NCBI RefSeq assembly: GCF_009914755.1
Contig: NC_060936.1
From: the human T2T-CHM13v2.0 reference genome, Homo sapiens
Reading direction: 5' to 3' (one strand)
Length of the DNA stretch: 64,000 nt
Part shown: one piece after another, positions 1 to 23,058 of the stretch
Layout: every line of letters begins with the position of its first letter
How positions within the stretch are numbered: the stretch's first letter is position 1
Notes under the pieces: generated by a model
Told to the model about the DNA's origin: nothing
Seen by the model: the letters and a program-made list of their open reading frames with translations, nothing else
Database searches by the model: none
Made by a program: the position numbers and the translations under genes

Positions 1-371
1 TGGCATGCACTGAAAAGAAGCTGAGTTTTTAAGGGATTAGCAACAGTTTGAAGTAGGCAAAGAGCAGCATCATAAGAGTTACAAACGAAATGCTGAACCT
101 ACCCTGTAGTACTTTCAGAGAAGTGAGATCCTCTAACTTGAAAGATCAAGAAGGGGATCATGGGAAACGTGGCATTTATATGGACCTTGAAAGATGAAAA
201 GAATTTTGAGAGAAATAGACTTGGAAAGATAATTCCAGGCAGAGAGATGCTATTACCAACCAAAGAGCTGACACTGCTCCACCCACGCCTGGTGCTTTTG
301 CAAATCCGCCTCCAGAGCCCGTTGCTGTGGTGCTAGTAACATCCTTGGTATTACCAGAGCTGGTTAGCAGT

Positions 372-390
372 TGGCCACCAGGTGGCAGTG
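372..390 (+). promoter_or_regulatory. CTCF consensus motif
   Basis: TGGCCACCAGGTGGCAGTG is a near-perfect match to the CTCF core consensus, in non-Alu sequence. Occupancy cannot be judged from sequence. Confidence 0.65.
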
Positions 391-655
391 TATATCTTTG
401 CGCCATCCCTCCCAGTACTGGCCCTGGAGAAAAACTGGAAGTGAGAATTAGCACAGGTACAGCTGAGGTGAGATCAGTGGCTTGTGGATTGTGTATTTAG
501 TTAGGCCTGAAGAAGCAAAGCCCTCAGAGAAGAGGATAAATTTGGGAACATTTAGGGAAAATATCAGGCAGAAGATAAAAGGAAAGGAAATTGCCTCAGG
601 GCGAGAGTATAATGAGGTCTAAAAAGTAGTAGGGGGCTCTTGGAGGGACAGCCAT

Positions 656-1400
<745 letters not shown>

Positions 1401-1849
1401 GAAAGAAGCAGCCAAAAGGAAGAACCAAAGAGAGAGGGGAGATGTGAAGATCTGTAGTGCAAGGTGAGGAAAAGGCACCAGAGCAACATTGGAAGAGAGT
1501 TTGGAGCAATAGTCTTTTTTTTGGTGGGGGGGAGGCTTGTTTATTCCCCATAATAATTTTCAAAAACTATGTATTTCCCCTACACATTTTTAAGTTGACA
1601 TCTAAGAAAATTTTTTTATGTTTAAGTAGCTTCCAGGGATTAATTTCTGCTGTCTATTATCTGGTATACATGCTTTCAGTACCACTGCTAGCTTTTCCAT
1701 TGCTTTTGTGCAAATTGGGCAAAGGTGCCCTTTTGGGAAAAAGCAGGTTTTCTAGGAACGGTACTCTTGTGTAAAGAAAAAATGTGCCCCTTCCTCTGGA
1801 TGAGGAGGAGAGCCTGGCCAGTGGATTGCAGGCTGTATTTCAGCCTCTA

Positions 1850-3705
<1,856 letters not shown>

Positions 3706-4029
3706 TGGCCACCATTGTGAAACTCCATCTCTATTAAAAATACAAAAAAATTAGCTGGGTGTGCTGGTGCATGCCTGTAGTCCCAGCTACCTGGGAGGCT
3801 GAGGCAGGAGAATGAACCCAGGACACAGAGGTTGCAGTGAGCTGAGATTGTGCCACTGCACTCCCGCCTGGGTGACAGAGTGACTCCATCTTAAAAAAAA
3901 ATAAAAAATAAACCTTGGAATACAGACATAGCTCATTCAATTGATTGACATATAAACTAAATGACAAACATACTGTTTATGGAGAAACCTGTGAGCCACA
4001 TCTTTTGGCTTTGGAAGCCAAAAGCCTAA

Positions 4030-4323
<294 letters not shown>

Positions 4324-4660
4324 TGATCTGCACGCCTCGGCCTCACAAAGTGCTGGGATTACAGGTGTCAGCCCCCGCGCCCGGCCACCACATTGTTTTG
4401 ATTACAGCTTACTGCTGAATTTTGAGAGTGCTTTACATTCTCTAGAAACAAATCCTTTGGGATATGTGGTTTGCAAATATCTTCTCTGAATGTAGCCTAT
4501 CTTTTCACCATATACATGGGGCCTTTTGCAGAGCAAAAGCTTTTCATTTTGATAAGCCCAAATTTATCAATTTTTCCTCTTGTGGTTTGAGCTTTTAACG
4601 TCTTTTGTTGTTGTTGTTATTGTTGTTTGAGATGGAGTCTCGCTCTGTCGCCCAGGCTGA

Positions 4661-4789
<129 letters not shown>

Positions 4790-5235
4790 TAGTAGAGACG
4801 GGGTTTCACCATGTTAGCCAGGATGGTCTCGATCTCCGGACCTCATCATCCGCCGGCCTCGGCCTCCCAAAGTGTTGGGATTACAGGCGTGAGCCACCGT
4901 GCCCGGCTGAGCTTTTACTGTTAAGTCTCTTTTACTATAACACAGGCATGCTCACTTGTTTATGTAATGAACGTGGCTGCTTAAATGCTATGACGTTGGA
5001 ACTGAGTAGCTGTAGTGGTGACTGAGCCGCTATGGCCCACAAAGCCTCTATCTGCACAAAAAGAGTCAGCCGACCCAGGCTCTAATCAGATAAGCCTCCA
5101 TGCTCTTAGGGTATTTTCATATGCCTTTCCCTCTATCTGAAACACTCTTTCTTCAGATCTCCTCATGGCCGGCTCTTTATGTCACTCTGGTTTCTGCTCA
5201 AATTTACCGTAAAGAGGCCTTCCCTGACCACACTA

Positions 5236-8722
<3,487 letters not shown>

Positions 8723-9112
8723 TATTTAGAATAATCAAAATCCTCCCCGTCCATTCCACCATTTTCTATCCCTTTATCTTGCTTTATTTTTCTTCTTAGA
8801 ATTTATCACTTCCTTCTCTATCAGGGTAGTCATAGGCACCAAGAGTGCCTGTAGTATAATAGCTACTCGAGAAATATTTCAGTGAATAAATGAGTCATAA
8901 AGAACTACTACATCTTCCCAGAAAAAAGCTACATATTAGCCTGTAACTTGTTTTGTTAGAGAAAAAATACTTGAATAAAAGAATATGTCTGGTCAGGCAC
9001 AGTGGCTCGCTCATGGCTGTAATCCCAGCATTTTGGGAGGCCGAGGCAGGTGGATCACCAGAGATCAGGAGTTCAAGACCAGTCTGGCCAACATGGCGAA
9101 ACCCTGTCTCTA

Positions 9113-9436
<324 letters not shown>

Positions 9437-10131
9437 CTAAGTATGCTCTGCTTCTCTAAGTGTCACATTAAAATGTTCAGAAAAAATCTGGGAGTTGGAG
9501 ATGCAAAGCATTCAAGATGCGGGTAAGTTCCCAGAAAATAAGTTTAGTGAGTCTTTCCAGAGGTGAGCACATGTGGCAAATTAGGCATTACGTAACTTAA
9601 CCACCAGATGCTGCCTATCCTACCCTCCAGCCCAATCCAAAGGCTCATATGTTGCTGAATACATTTTCTTGATCTTTATCACAGTATGCAAGTACAATGA
9701 CTCAGTTACACTCTATAGTCTGCTCTAGAAAAAGTTATTATTACTGTGTACATTCATATATTACTCTATGTTACTCTTCACGCGTATATAGCCATGGTTC
9801 TTTCCAAGGAAATTCCCGCAAAACCAGTTGCATATGATTATTACGGAGGCCTGTTTGCAATTACAATGCTGATCATAAATATTTTATCATTCGTCTTGTT
9901 CTTGATAATATTAAAGCACAAAAGGCTGCAAATGGCAAAGAGTAATTGCTTATGAATAAAAAGATTTTGGGAATGTACCAAGTCTGTTGGCTGTAACAGT
10001 CTCTCCCACCACCACTTACGTATATTACACATTATCAAGACATGAAAAGTTTAGGAAGATGATAGGTACTGTGATTATCAACATAACTCTGACAAACCAA
10101 TTTGATATCTGACATCAGTTTTAATACTCAC

Positions 10132-10149
10132 ATTCTGTCTGTTGTCCAT
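10132..10149 (-). CDS. SLC2A14: SLC2A14 short-isoform start exon, coding MDNRQN (exon approx 10132-10206)
   Basis: The minus strand reads TTTACAG|GAAGCAGTACC...GAGAG ATG GAC AAC AGA CAG AAT|GTGAGT. MDNRQN is the GLUT14-S N-terminus. The donor is phase 0. Confidence 0.88.
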
Positions 10150-11068
10150 CTCTCTGCTATCCTAGGAATTGACTCCCTCTCCAATTTCTCTTCAAGGTAC
10201 TGCTTCCTGTAAATTGTAATTGTCTAGTTATTCATTTACTCCATCTACTTAAGCTCCTTGAGGGAAGAGGCTGTGATTTAGCCCCCTCGCCAATGGACAC
10301 TCCAATAAATACTTCTGGAAGAAAAGTGAAAATTTATATAATTCTATTGATGTTTTAGATTAACTCAATTCTGGGATCCTCAACAAAGTTTATTCTACTC
10401 ATTCAGTAGCCATTGAGAAGCATTTTTTCAAATAAGGGTTCTGGGGAGAGACAGCTGAAGGTAAGGTAAAAATGTCTCTCCTATATTTTGAGTTGTTTCT
10501 CTGTCACCAACTAGCAGTTTCCCCATCTGCAAAATGAGCAAGGATTGGATTAGGTAATCTTGCTGACATAAAATTCTGTGATTTAATGTGGTTTACCTTG
10601 CCATATAAAATTTAAAACACTTAGAACAAGCCACCTCTCCTCATAGCATCACCTTAGCCTAAACTGCTTCAGTGAGCCACAGTGAAGTTGGAAGTCGTGA
10701 TTCTGCTTAACCAGTTACCAAATGTGAGTCTGTTTCCTCCTCTACCAGCTCTGCTGACTTGGACTGATAGTTCTGAAGGTCTGCTGAGATACGTTATGTT
10801 GAACACCTGTGTTATTTCCTGAGTCTATTAGGAGGAGGAGAATTAGGATAGACTGTCCCTTCCACTATTCCACATCCTCCTTATTTCGTTTTCATTTCTC
10901 TCTGCTACCTTCCCCACCCTGCGCCTCACTGTTTTTGTTCCTGTATCAGCTAGTTCTTATCTTCTAGGTCATTCACACTTGGAAAAAACAAATAAAGTCA
11001 AACCAAAAAAAACCTCAGAACTCTTTTAACTCAAATAAATATACTTTTCAAAAAAAGTAAAGTAGTAT

Positions 11069-12254
11069 GGTCAGCCCAGCTCCAAGAACCCAGTGAAGCC
11101 CCCACCCACCTGAAGCCAAAATGTTCAGCAAGTGGACCAAAGCCAAGACCAAGAAGCGACCACAGCACAGGGGGCCACATCCAATGTCTTCGTGATGTTT
11201 GACCAGTTCCACATCCAGGAGTTTAAGGAGGCTTTCAACATGATTGACCAGAACCATGATGGCTTCATTGACAAGGGGGACAGCACGACAAGCTGGCTTC
11301 ACCGCGGAAGAACCCCATGGATGAATACCTGCAGGGCATGATGAGCGAGGCCCCAGGGCCCATCAACTTCACCACTTCCCTCACCATGTTTGGGGAGAAG
11401 CTGAATGGAACAGACCCCCAGGATGTGATCCAAAACGCCTTCACCTGCTTCAACGAGGAATCCTCAGGTTTCATTCATGAGGACCACCTCCAGGAGCTGC
11501 TCACCACCATGGGTGACAGCTTCACAGATGAAGAAGTGGATGAGATGTACTGGGAGGCACCCATTGATAAAAAAAGACAAGTTCAACTAGGTGGAGTTCA
11601 CCTGCATCCTCATACATGGCGCCAAGGGCAAAGATGACTAGGCCACCCCAGCCCTCGCGACACCCTGGCCCCCCCGCCAGTCATCTCCCCACCCCCGGCA
11701 CACACTGGTCTGTACCAGCTCTCTGCCCACGACCTTCTCTCAGGGGATCCTCCCTTTGAGGGCTTCGGGTCCCAGCTCCCAGTGGAGAAATCACGCCAAG
11801 AGAAGTGCAGTGCAGGACTGAGGCAGGTGTTCTCACTGTGACCCTAGGGCCCTGGGCTGGAGTCTCTGACCCCTCCAGGGAAAGACCGCCTTATGAAGAG
11901 ATGGGCCTCCAGGACCTGGAGGTACTGAGAGAAAGCCCCCAAGACAGCCATTCCTGGGCTGCTCCCCAAGGAGGAAGGGAACCTGTGTGCCCCCAGGAGG
12001 AAGGGACCCTTAGTCCTGAGATCCAATACCATTTCACATGCATCCCCACCCAAACACAAGTTCACCAAAGTCCCCTCTCAGAGGACAGGACACTAGACTC
12101 CTCCCCTACACCCTGTTGAGACACCAGCGCACACCCACCCAGAGCAGCCACCCATCGTGGGAGTGTGCTCAAGAAGCCATCTGTCCCAGGGGAGGCAGAA
12201 TCTCCAATAGAGGGCTGAGCATGGAAAAAAAACAAAAAAAAGAAAAAGAAAAAG
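11069..12254 (+). pseudogene. MYL9 (smooth-muscle myosin regulatory light chain) processed pseudogene, antisense in an SLC2A14 intron
   Basis: ATG at 11121 and ancestral stop at 11639-11641. Peptides [25 protein letters not shown] and [24 protein letters not shown] are MYL9-type rather than MYL12. It has frameshifts, a full 3'UTR, an A-tail, and TSD aaagtaaagtagtat (11054-11068) / aaagtaaggtactat (12255-12269). Confidence 0.93.
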
Positions 12255-12539
12255 AAAGTAAGGTACTATTTATTTATCTGTAAAATTAACTCAGATTAAT
12301 TCTTCTTAAAAATCAATGGAAATTCTAAATTTAGTCTGTGTATTAAACTGGGACAAAACTAATAACAGTATTTTACCAAGGACACTTGGCCTTACTCCCC
12401 TTCTGTCACACTTCAGACATAAATCACTGAATGAATCCAGCACTGAATAAATGAATGATCCATAATTTCCTAAGACAATTCCAATTTTCATCTTGCACAA
12501 ATCTACAAAGCTGATGCACCCGCACAGCACTTGAACTCC

Positions 12540-12900
12540 TGGTAGGTATCTTTCAAGGCCAAGGCAGTTCCTCCTCCCGAATCCAGTTCCCTCCGCCTGG
12601 ATCATGCTCCCAAGGCTCCCTCATTTCATTCAGGTCTCCTGCCAAAAGACACTTCCTCACAAAGGCCTCTCAGACCGACCCCTTCCCCACTCCCAACTTC
12701 ACAGTCCACTCCCCTAGCCCTACTACATTTTTATTCATGAAGATTTACGGCATTTTGTTACGTATCTATACATTTTCTTGTCTGTCTCTTCCCTAGAATA
12801 TACAGTCCAGCAAGGCAAGGGCTGGGGTGGCTTCGTTTGCTGTGGGATCCCAGCACCTAGAGCGGAGCCCAGGACATAGTAGGTGCTCAGTAAATCACAA
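12540..12900 (+). mobile_element. L2 LINE 3' fragment
   Basis: Typical L2 3' end: cccagcacctagagc...catagtaggtgctcagtaaat. Confidence 0.6.
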
Positions 12901-12929
12901 ATCTCTTCTCCAAGGCTCCAAGGCTAGTT

Positions 12930-13640
12930 TCCCAGAGCCGCAGCTCTCTTCTTTCTTAGCCCGGCCCACCTCCGAGTAGCCGCCCACCTCTACTCTAGCT
13001 CGGCCACCTCTACCCCAGCTCAGGTCCTCATTCCCGCACCCCCCGGCCGCAGGGACGGCGCGGCGCACCCACCTCCCAGACCCCGCGACTGCGGTTGGGC
13101 CCCGCGGCTTCGCTCAACCACGCACCTCCCGGGCCGCTGCGCCCCCGCCGGCCCCGCCTGCAGCCGTTGGGACCCACTAACTGCCTCGAAAAGCCTAGGA
13201 TTCGACTTTGAATGGTCCGTTAATGTGGTTACAAAACGTGACTCGGTTCATCGGGAGCCCTCCGTAAGCAAGACAAGCACCCACCTGCGGTCAGAGCAGG
13301 GGTCCGGCTCGCGGTCGGGGTTGTCCGGCCCCTCCCGGCTTCTCACCCGCGCACCGCACGGTCCAGCTCCGGCGGCTGCTGGGGATCCCTCCGAGCGCCC
13401 CCTCAGGCGTCTTCCTGCGACCGGGCGGGGGAACTCTTTACGGGGAAACAGTTTTGGGACCCACCACCCTTGGCGCCGCCGTTAGGAGGGTGTGAACGTA
13501 TCTATTTTCAAAGATACCCGAGCCCCTCACCGCCTGCAGCAGGGAGATAGTGCCCGGGCTATCCCCGCGGGCGGGCCGGCTGGGCTGGGAAGGCCCAGGG
13601 CGAGATCCTGTAAAGAGTTATTTCGGGCCGCGCACGGTGG
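12930..13640. promoter_or_regulatory. SLC2A14: CpG-island promoter with the non-coding first exon of SLC2A14 (minus strand); possibly bidirectional
   Basis: High CpG/GC content and GC boxes (ggccccgcc). Minus-strand donors GAG|GTGGGT (exon end 13073) and GAG|GTGCGT (13126) lie ~3 kb upstream of the MDNRQN exon. A plus-strand TCC|GTAAGC donor is at 13263/13264. Confidence 0.8.
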
Positions 13641-14249
13641 CTCCCACCTGTAATCCTAGCACTTTTGGAGGCCGAGGAGGGCGGATAACTTGAGGTCAGG
13701 GGTTCGAGACCAGCCTGGCCAACATGGCGAAACCCAGTCTTTACTAAAAATAACAAAATTAGGGGGCTTGGCGGTGCGCTCCTATAGTCCCAACTGCTTG
13801 GGAGGCTGAGACAGGAGAATCGCTTGAACCCAGGAGGCGGAGGTTACAGTGAGCTGAACTCCGCCATTGCACTCCAGCCTGGGTAACAGCTCAAGATTCC
13901 GTCTCAAAAAACAAACAAACAAGCAAACAAACAAAACAGTTATTTCGGACTCAGGAGCTCTTTTTGGATGAAAAGCCCCGCGGTCGTTCTCTCCACCTCC
14001 TGGAAAAGACTCTCTAGGTTTTCGGCTTTGGAGTAATAAAGATCATCCCCTGCTGCCCCATTGGTGCCATCCAGGGTAAGGCCCCTGCAGACAGCACGAA
14101 GGTGTTTTGGAGAGATTGTTCTCCCCTAGCCCAAGCATAAGGCTTACCTTGGAATTACCTGGAGCCTTACCACGACAGCATGGCCTTCAGTACAGGGTTG
14201 ACAAGTCAATAGCAAACAAGGGCCATTAAAAGGGTCTATACTGCACTTC

Positions 14250-14610
14250 TCAAATGAGGATATCTCAGTCAACAATAAACATGTCAAAAGGTATGCAACT
14301 GAATTGTTGATCAGGGAACTTCACATTAAAACCACATGAGATACCAATTCGTGCCCACTAGAATGACTAAAACAAAGATGGGAGTTGGGGTGTGGAGAAA
14401 AAAGGAAGTGAATGCCAAACCTGGGGAATGTGGAACATTCAGAACTCTCACACATTTGTTAATGGGGTACAAACTGATAAATTGTTTGGCAATATTTATT
14501 AGAACATATGGCTACCCCACGATCCAAGAATTCCACTCCTAGGTATACACTCAACAGAAATGTATACATATATTCACCAAAAAGTAGGTACTAAAATGTT
14601 CATCTCAGCC
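14250..14610 (+). mobile_element. Old L1 (L1M) 3' fragment
   Basis: L1M-like motifs accacatgagatacca...cccactagaatgactaaa and aattccactcctaggtatacactcaacagaaatg. Confidence 0.7.
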
Positions 14611-14708
14611 TGGCCTTTGCATTGAGTATTTTAAAAGTATATTTAGGCAGGATGCAGTGGCTCATGCCTGTAATCCCAGCACTTTGGGAGGCCGAGGCAG
14701 GTGGATCA

Positions 14709-15470
<762 letters not shown>

Positions 15471-15747
15471 AGTTTGTTTGGGAGACCAAGGCAGGCAGAT
15501 TACCTGAGGCTAGGAGTTCAAGGCCAGCCTGCCCAACATGGCAAAACCCCATCTCTACTAAAAATACAAAAATTAGCCGGGCATGGTGATGCACGCCTGC
15601 AATTCCAGCTACTTGGGAGAATGAGGCCTGAAAATTGCATGAATCCGGGAGGCAGAGGTTGCAGTCAGCCAAGATTGCACCACTGCACTCCAGCCTGTGT
15701 GACAGAGTGAGACTCCCTTTCAAAAAAAAAAAATTAAAAAAAATTAT

Positions 15748-16925
<1,178 letters not shown>

Positions 16926-17203
16926 AGTAGCTTAGCCAACTTAATGGGACCTAAGCTCTGTCAAAAATTTTAAAACTCACTGATGCCAGGAAAGTTCTGG
17001 GTGCAAAGAAAAAAAAATTAGGCGAGTATGGTGGCATACGCCTGTAGTCCCAGCTACTCAGGAGGCTAATATACGTATTTGACTGTTCCCATATCCCATA
17101 TATAAGAGAGTTCATATAATTTTTTTTTCTGTCTGGCTTATTTCAATTAGCATGATATCCTCCATGTTGCTGTGAATGGCAAGATCTTGTTTTTTAAAGC
17201 TGA

Positions 17204-17536
<333 letters not shown>

Positions 17537-18183
17537 TAACACAAGGTCTTGCTCTGTTACCTAGGCTGGAGTGCAGCAGCATGATCACAGATCACTGCAG
17601 CGTCAACCTCCTGGGCTTAGGAGAGAGAGTACAAAATTTTTTCTTTTTTTTTTGAGAGGGAGTTTTGCCCTTGTTGCCCGGGCTAGAATGCAATGGTGAG
17701 ATCTTGGCTTACTGCAACCTCCACCTCCCAAGTTCAAGAGATTATCTTGTCTCAGCCTCTGGAGTTGCTGGGAATACAGGCACAGGGCATCACGTCCAGC
17801 TAATTTTTGCATTTTTAGTAGAGGTGGAGTTCACCACGTTGGCCAGTCTGGTCTGAAATTCTTGACCTCGGGTGATCCGCCCGCCTCGGCCTCCCAAAGT
17901 GGTGGGATTACAGTCGTGAGTCACCAAACCCAGCAAAAAAATTGTTTTACATTTTTGTTTTAAATTCTATTTATTTATTTATTTAGAGATGAAGTCTCAC
18001 TTAGTTGGCCAAGCTGGAGTGCAGCTCACTACAACCTCCACCTCCCGGGTTCAAGCAATTCTCTTGCACCAGCCTACCAAGTAGCTGGGATTACAGGCAC
18101 ATGCCATCATGCCCAGCTAATTTTTGTATTTTTAGTAGAGAAGGGGCTTCACTATGTTGGTTAAGCTGGTCTCGAACTCCTGA

Positions 18184-18571
<388 letters not shown>

Positions 18572-19077
18572 TGATTCTCCTGCCTCAGTCTCCTGGGTAG
18601 CTGGGACTACAGGCACCCATCACCATGCCTAGCGAATTTTTGTATTTTTAGTAGAGACAGGGTTTCACCATGTTGGCCAGGCTGGTCTTGAACTCCTAAC
18701 GTCAAGAGATCTACCCACCTAGGCCTCCCAAACCGCTGGGATTACAGGCATGAGCCACCCTGCCCAGCCAGTTTTAAAGATTTTTAGATGGTTAAAGTAT
18801 ATACTGTGGGTGTATATTTGTACTCTTGCTAACATTTTACCAGAAAAAAATAAAAACATAGTGAAATATCTTTCTCAAGTAAAATGAATGTATTAATATG
18901 GAAATTGAGCCAGGTGGGGTGGCTCAGGGCGATAATCCCAGCACTTTCGGAGGCCAAGGTGGGCGGATCACGAGGTCAGGAGATTGAGACCATCCTGGCC
19001 AACATGGTGAAACCCTGTTGCTAATAAAAATACAAAAATTAGCTGGGCATGCTGGCACCTGCCTGTAATCCCAGCTA

Positions 19078-19185
<108 letters not shown>

Positions 19186-19724
19186 TCAAAAAAAAAAAAA
19201 ACAATTTGTCTTTCTTTTTTTTCCTCAACCTTACTCTAGAAAGTAGGGGTGTCTGAAGCCCATTCCTTTGGCCTTGGCTTTTCAGACAGCATTATCTTAT
19301 AACTGTCCTTGAAGTGAGCTGCTTACATAGGAAAACTTCTTCTTTTCTTTTTAACCCTTGCCTTACCACATTCCGGGCCTTAGCTTTTACTTTTCTTGGA
19401 GTGAATAAATGCAGTACTCATTATTATTATTATTTTAACGTCTGCCTCAGCTTGAGGCCAGGAGTTCCAGACCAGCCTGGAAAATCTAGCAAGACCTCAA
19501 CTCTGCAAAAAAAAAACAAACAAACAAACAAACAAAAAAAAAACAAAAGTTGCACCCCAGCCTGGATGACAGAGCAAGGCCATGTCTCAACAACAAAAAA
19601 AGAGGCCGGGTGCTATGGCTTATGCCTGTAATCTCAGCACTTTGGGAGGCCAAGGGGAGCGGATCAACTGAGGTCAGGAGTTCAAGGCCAGCCTGCCAAA
19701 CATAGGGAAACTACATCTCTACTA

Positions 19725-20355
<631 letters not shown>

Positions 20356-21299
20356 TTAGCCAGGTGTAGTGGAGCGTGCCTGTAATCCCAGCTACTTGGG
20401 AGGCTAAGGCAGGAGAACAGCTTGAACCTGGAGGCGGAGGTTGCAGTGAGCCGAGATCGCGCCATTGCACCCTAGCCTGGGCAACAAGAGCAAAACTCCG
20501 TCTCAAAAATAAATAAATAAATACATATTTTAAAAAGAAACAACAACAACAACAAAAACACACACAAAAAATCAAAGCTGAGGCAGGAGAATCGCTTGAA
20601 CCCAGGAGGCGGAGGTTGTAGTGAGCCAAGATCACACCACTGCACTCCAGCTTAGGCAACAAAGCAAGACTCTTGTCTCAAAAAAAAAAAAATACTGATT
20701 AATCAATATTAATCAATATTGATAACAGAATTCCATCAAGATTACTACTGAGGCTGGGTGTGGTGGCCCATGCCTGTAATCTCAGCACTTTAGGAGACTG
20801 AGGCGGATGGATCACGAGGTCAGGAGATCGAGACCATCCTGGCCAACATGGAGAAACCCTGTCTCTACTAAAAATACAAACATTAGCTGGGTCTCAAAAA
20901 AAAAAAAAAAAAAAAAGAGAGAAATTGGCCGGGCGCAGTGGCTCATGCTTGTAATCCCTGCACTTTGGGAGGCTGAGGCGGGTGGATCACAAGGTCAGGA
21001 GTTCAAGACCAGCCTGGCCAACACACTGAAACCCTGTCTCTACTAAAAATACAAAAATTGGCCAGGCGCGGTGGCTCACGCCTGTAATCCCAGCACTTTG
21101 CCAGGCTGAGGCTGGTGGATCATCTGAGGTCAAGAGTTCGAGACCAGCCTGACCAACAAGGTGAAACTCGTCTCTACTAAAAATACAAAAAATTAACTGG
21201 CGTGGTGGCAGGCGCCTGTTGTCCCAGCTACTCAGGAGGCTGACACAGGAGAATGGCGTGAACCCGGGAGGCGGAGGTTGCAGTAAGCCGAGATCGCAC

Positions 21300-22676
21300 T
21301 GAGAGGTGACAGCGTGCTGGCAGTCCTCACAGCCCTCGCTCGCTCTCGGCACTTCCTCTGCCTGGGCTCCCACTTTGGCGGCACGTGAGGAGCCCTTCAG
21401 CCCCCTGCTGCACTATGGGAGCCCCTTCCTGGGCTGGCCTAGGCCGGAGCCAGCTCCCTCAGCTTGTGGGAGGTGTGGAGGGAGAGGCGCGGGCGGGAAC
21501 CCGGCTGCGCGCGGTGCTTGCGGGCCAGCACGAGTTCCGGGTGGGTTTGGGCTCGGCGGGCCCCGCACTCGGAGCGGCCGGCCGGCCGGCCCCGGTGGCC
21601 CCGGGCAATGAGGGATTTAGCACCTGGGCCAGCGGCTGCGGAGGGTGTGCTGGGTTCCCCAGCAGTGCCGGCCCACCGGCGCTGCACTCGATTTCTCCCC
21701 AGGCCTTAGCTGCCTTCCCATGGGGCAGGGCTCAGGACCTGCAGCCCGCCATGCCTGAGCCTCCCCGCTCCGCCTCCGTGGGCTCCTGAGCCTCCCCGAC
21801 AAGCGCGGCCTCCTGCTCCACGCGCCCAGTCCCATCGACCACCCAAGAGCTGAGGAGTGTGGGCGCAGGGTGCGGGACTGGCAGACAGCTCCACCTCCAG
21901 CCCCAGTGCAAGATCCACTGTGTGAAGCCAGCTGGGCTCCTGAGTCTAGTTGGAACTTGGAGAACCTTTATGTCTAGCTAAAGGATTGTAAATACACCAA
22001 TCGGCACTCTGTATCTAGCTCAAGGTTTGTAAACACACCAATCAGCACCCTGTGTCTAGCTCAGGGTTTGTGAATGCATCAATTGACACTCTCTATCTAG
22101 CTACTGTGATGGGGACATGGATAACCTTTGTGTCTAGCTCAGGGATTGTAAACGCACCAATCAGCGCCCTGTCAAAACAGACCACTGGGCTCTACCAATC
22201 AGCAGGATGTGGGTGGGGCCAGATAAGAGAATAAAAGCAGGCTGCCCGGGCCAGCAGTGGTAACATGTTGGCCTCCCTTTCTACACTTGGAGGCTTTGTT
22301 CTTTTTTTCTTTGCAATAAGTCTTGTTGCTGCTCAGTTTTTGGGTCTGCACTGCTTTTATGAGCTGTAACACTCACCGTGAAAGTCTGTAGCTTTACTTT
22401 TGAAGCCGGTAAGACCAGAAGCCCACCGGGAGAAACGAACGATTCCAGACGGGTTGCCTTAAGAGAGCTGTAACACTCACCGTGAAGGTCTGCAGGTTCA
22501 CTCCTGAGTCAGGGAGACCACCAACCCACCAGAAGGAAAAAAGTCCAAACACATCTGAACATCAGAAGGAACAAACTCCAGATGCGCCACATTTAAGAGC
22601 TGTAACACTAACCGCGAGGGTCCATGGCTTCATTCTTGAAGTCAGTGAGACCAAGAATCCCCCAATTCCTGACACA
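21300..22676 (+). mobile_element. Full-length LTR12C (ERV9) solo LTR inserted in an Alu
   Basis: Starts tgagaggtgacagcgtgctggcagtcctc and ends ccaattcctgacaca. The 4-bp TSD is gcac/gcgc and the Alu continues on both sides. U3 is CpG-rich with several CCAAT boxes and AATAAAAG at 22230. Confidence 0.97.
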
Positions 22677-22836
22677 GCGCCCCTCCACTCCAGCCTGGGC
22701 AACGGAGCGAAACTTACCTCTCAAAGAAAAATAAAAGATATTTATTTGAGGCTAGCGTCGGCAGTGGCTCACACTTGTGATCTCAGCACTCTGGGAGGCT
22801 GAGGCAGGCACGTGGATCACTTGAGCTCAGGGGTTA

Positions 22837-23058
<222 letters not shown>

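Noticed and set aside
21306-22802. GC-rich ORFs of 70-184 aa here and at 2273-2958
   Set aside because: These are LTR12 (and Alu) open frames caused by high GC content.
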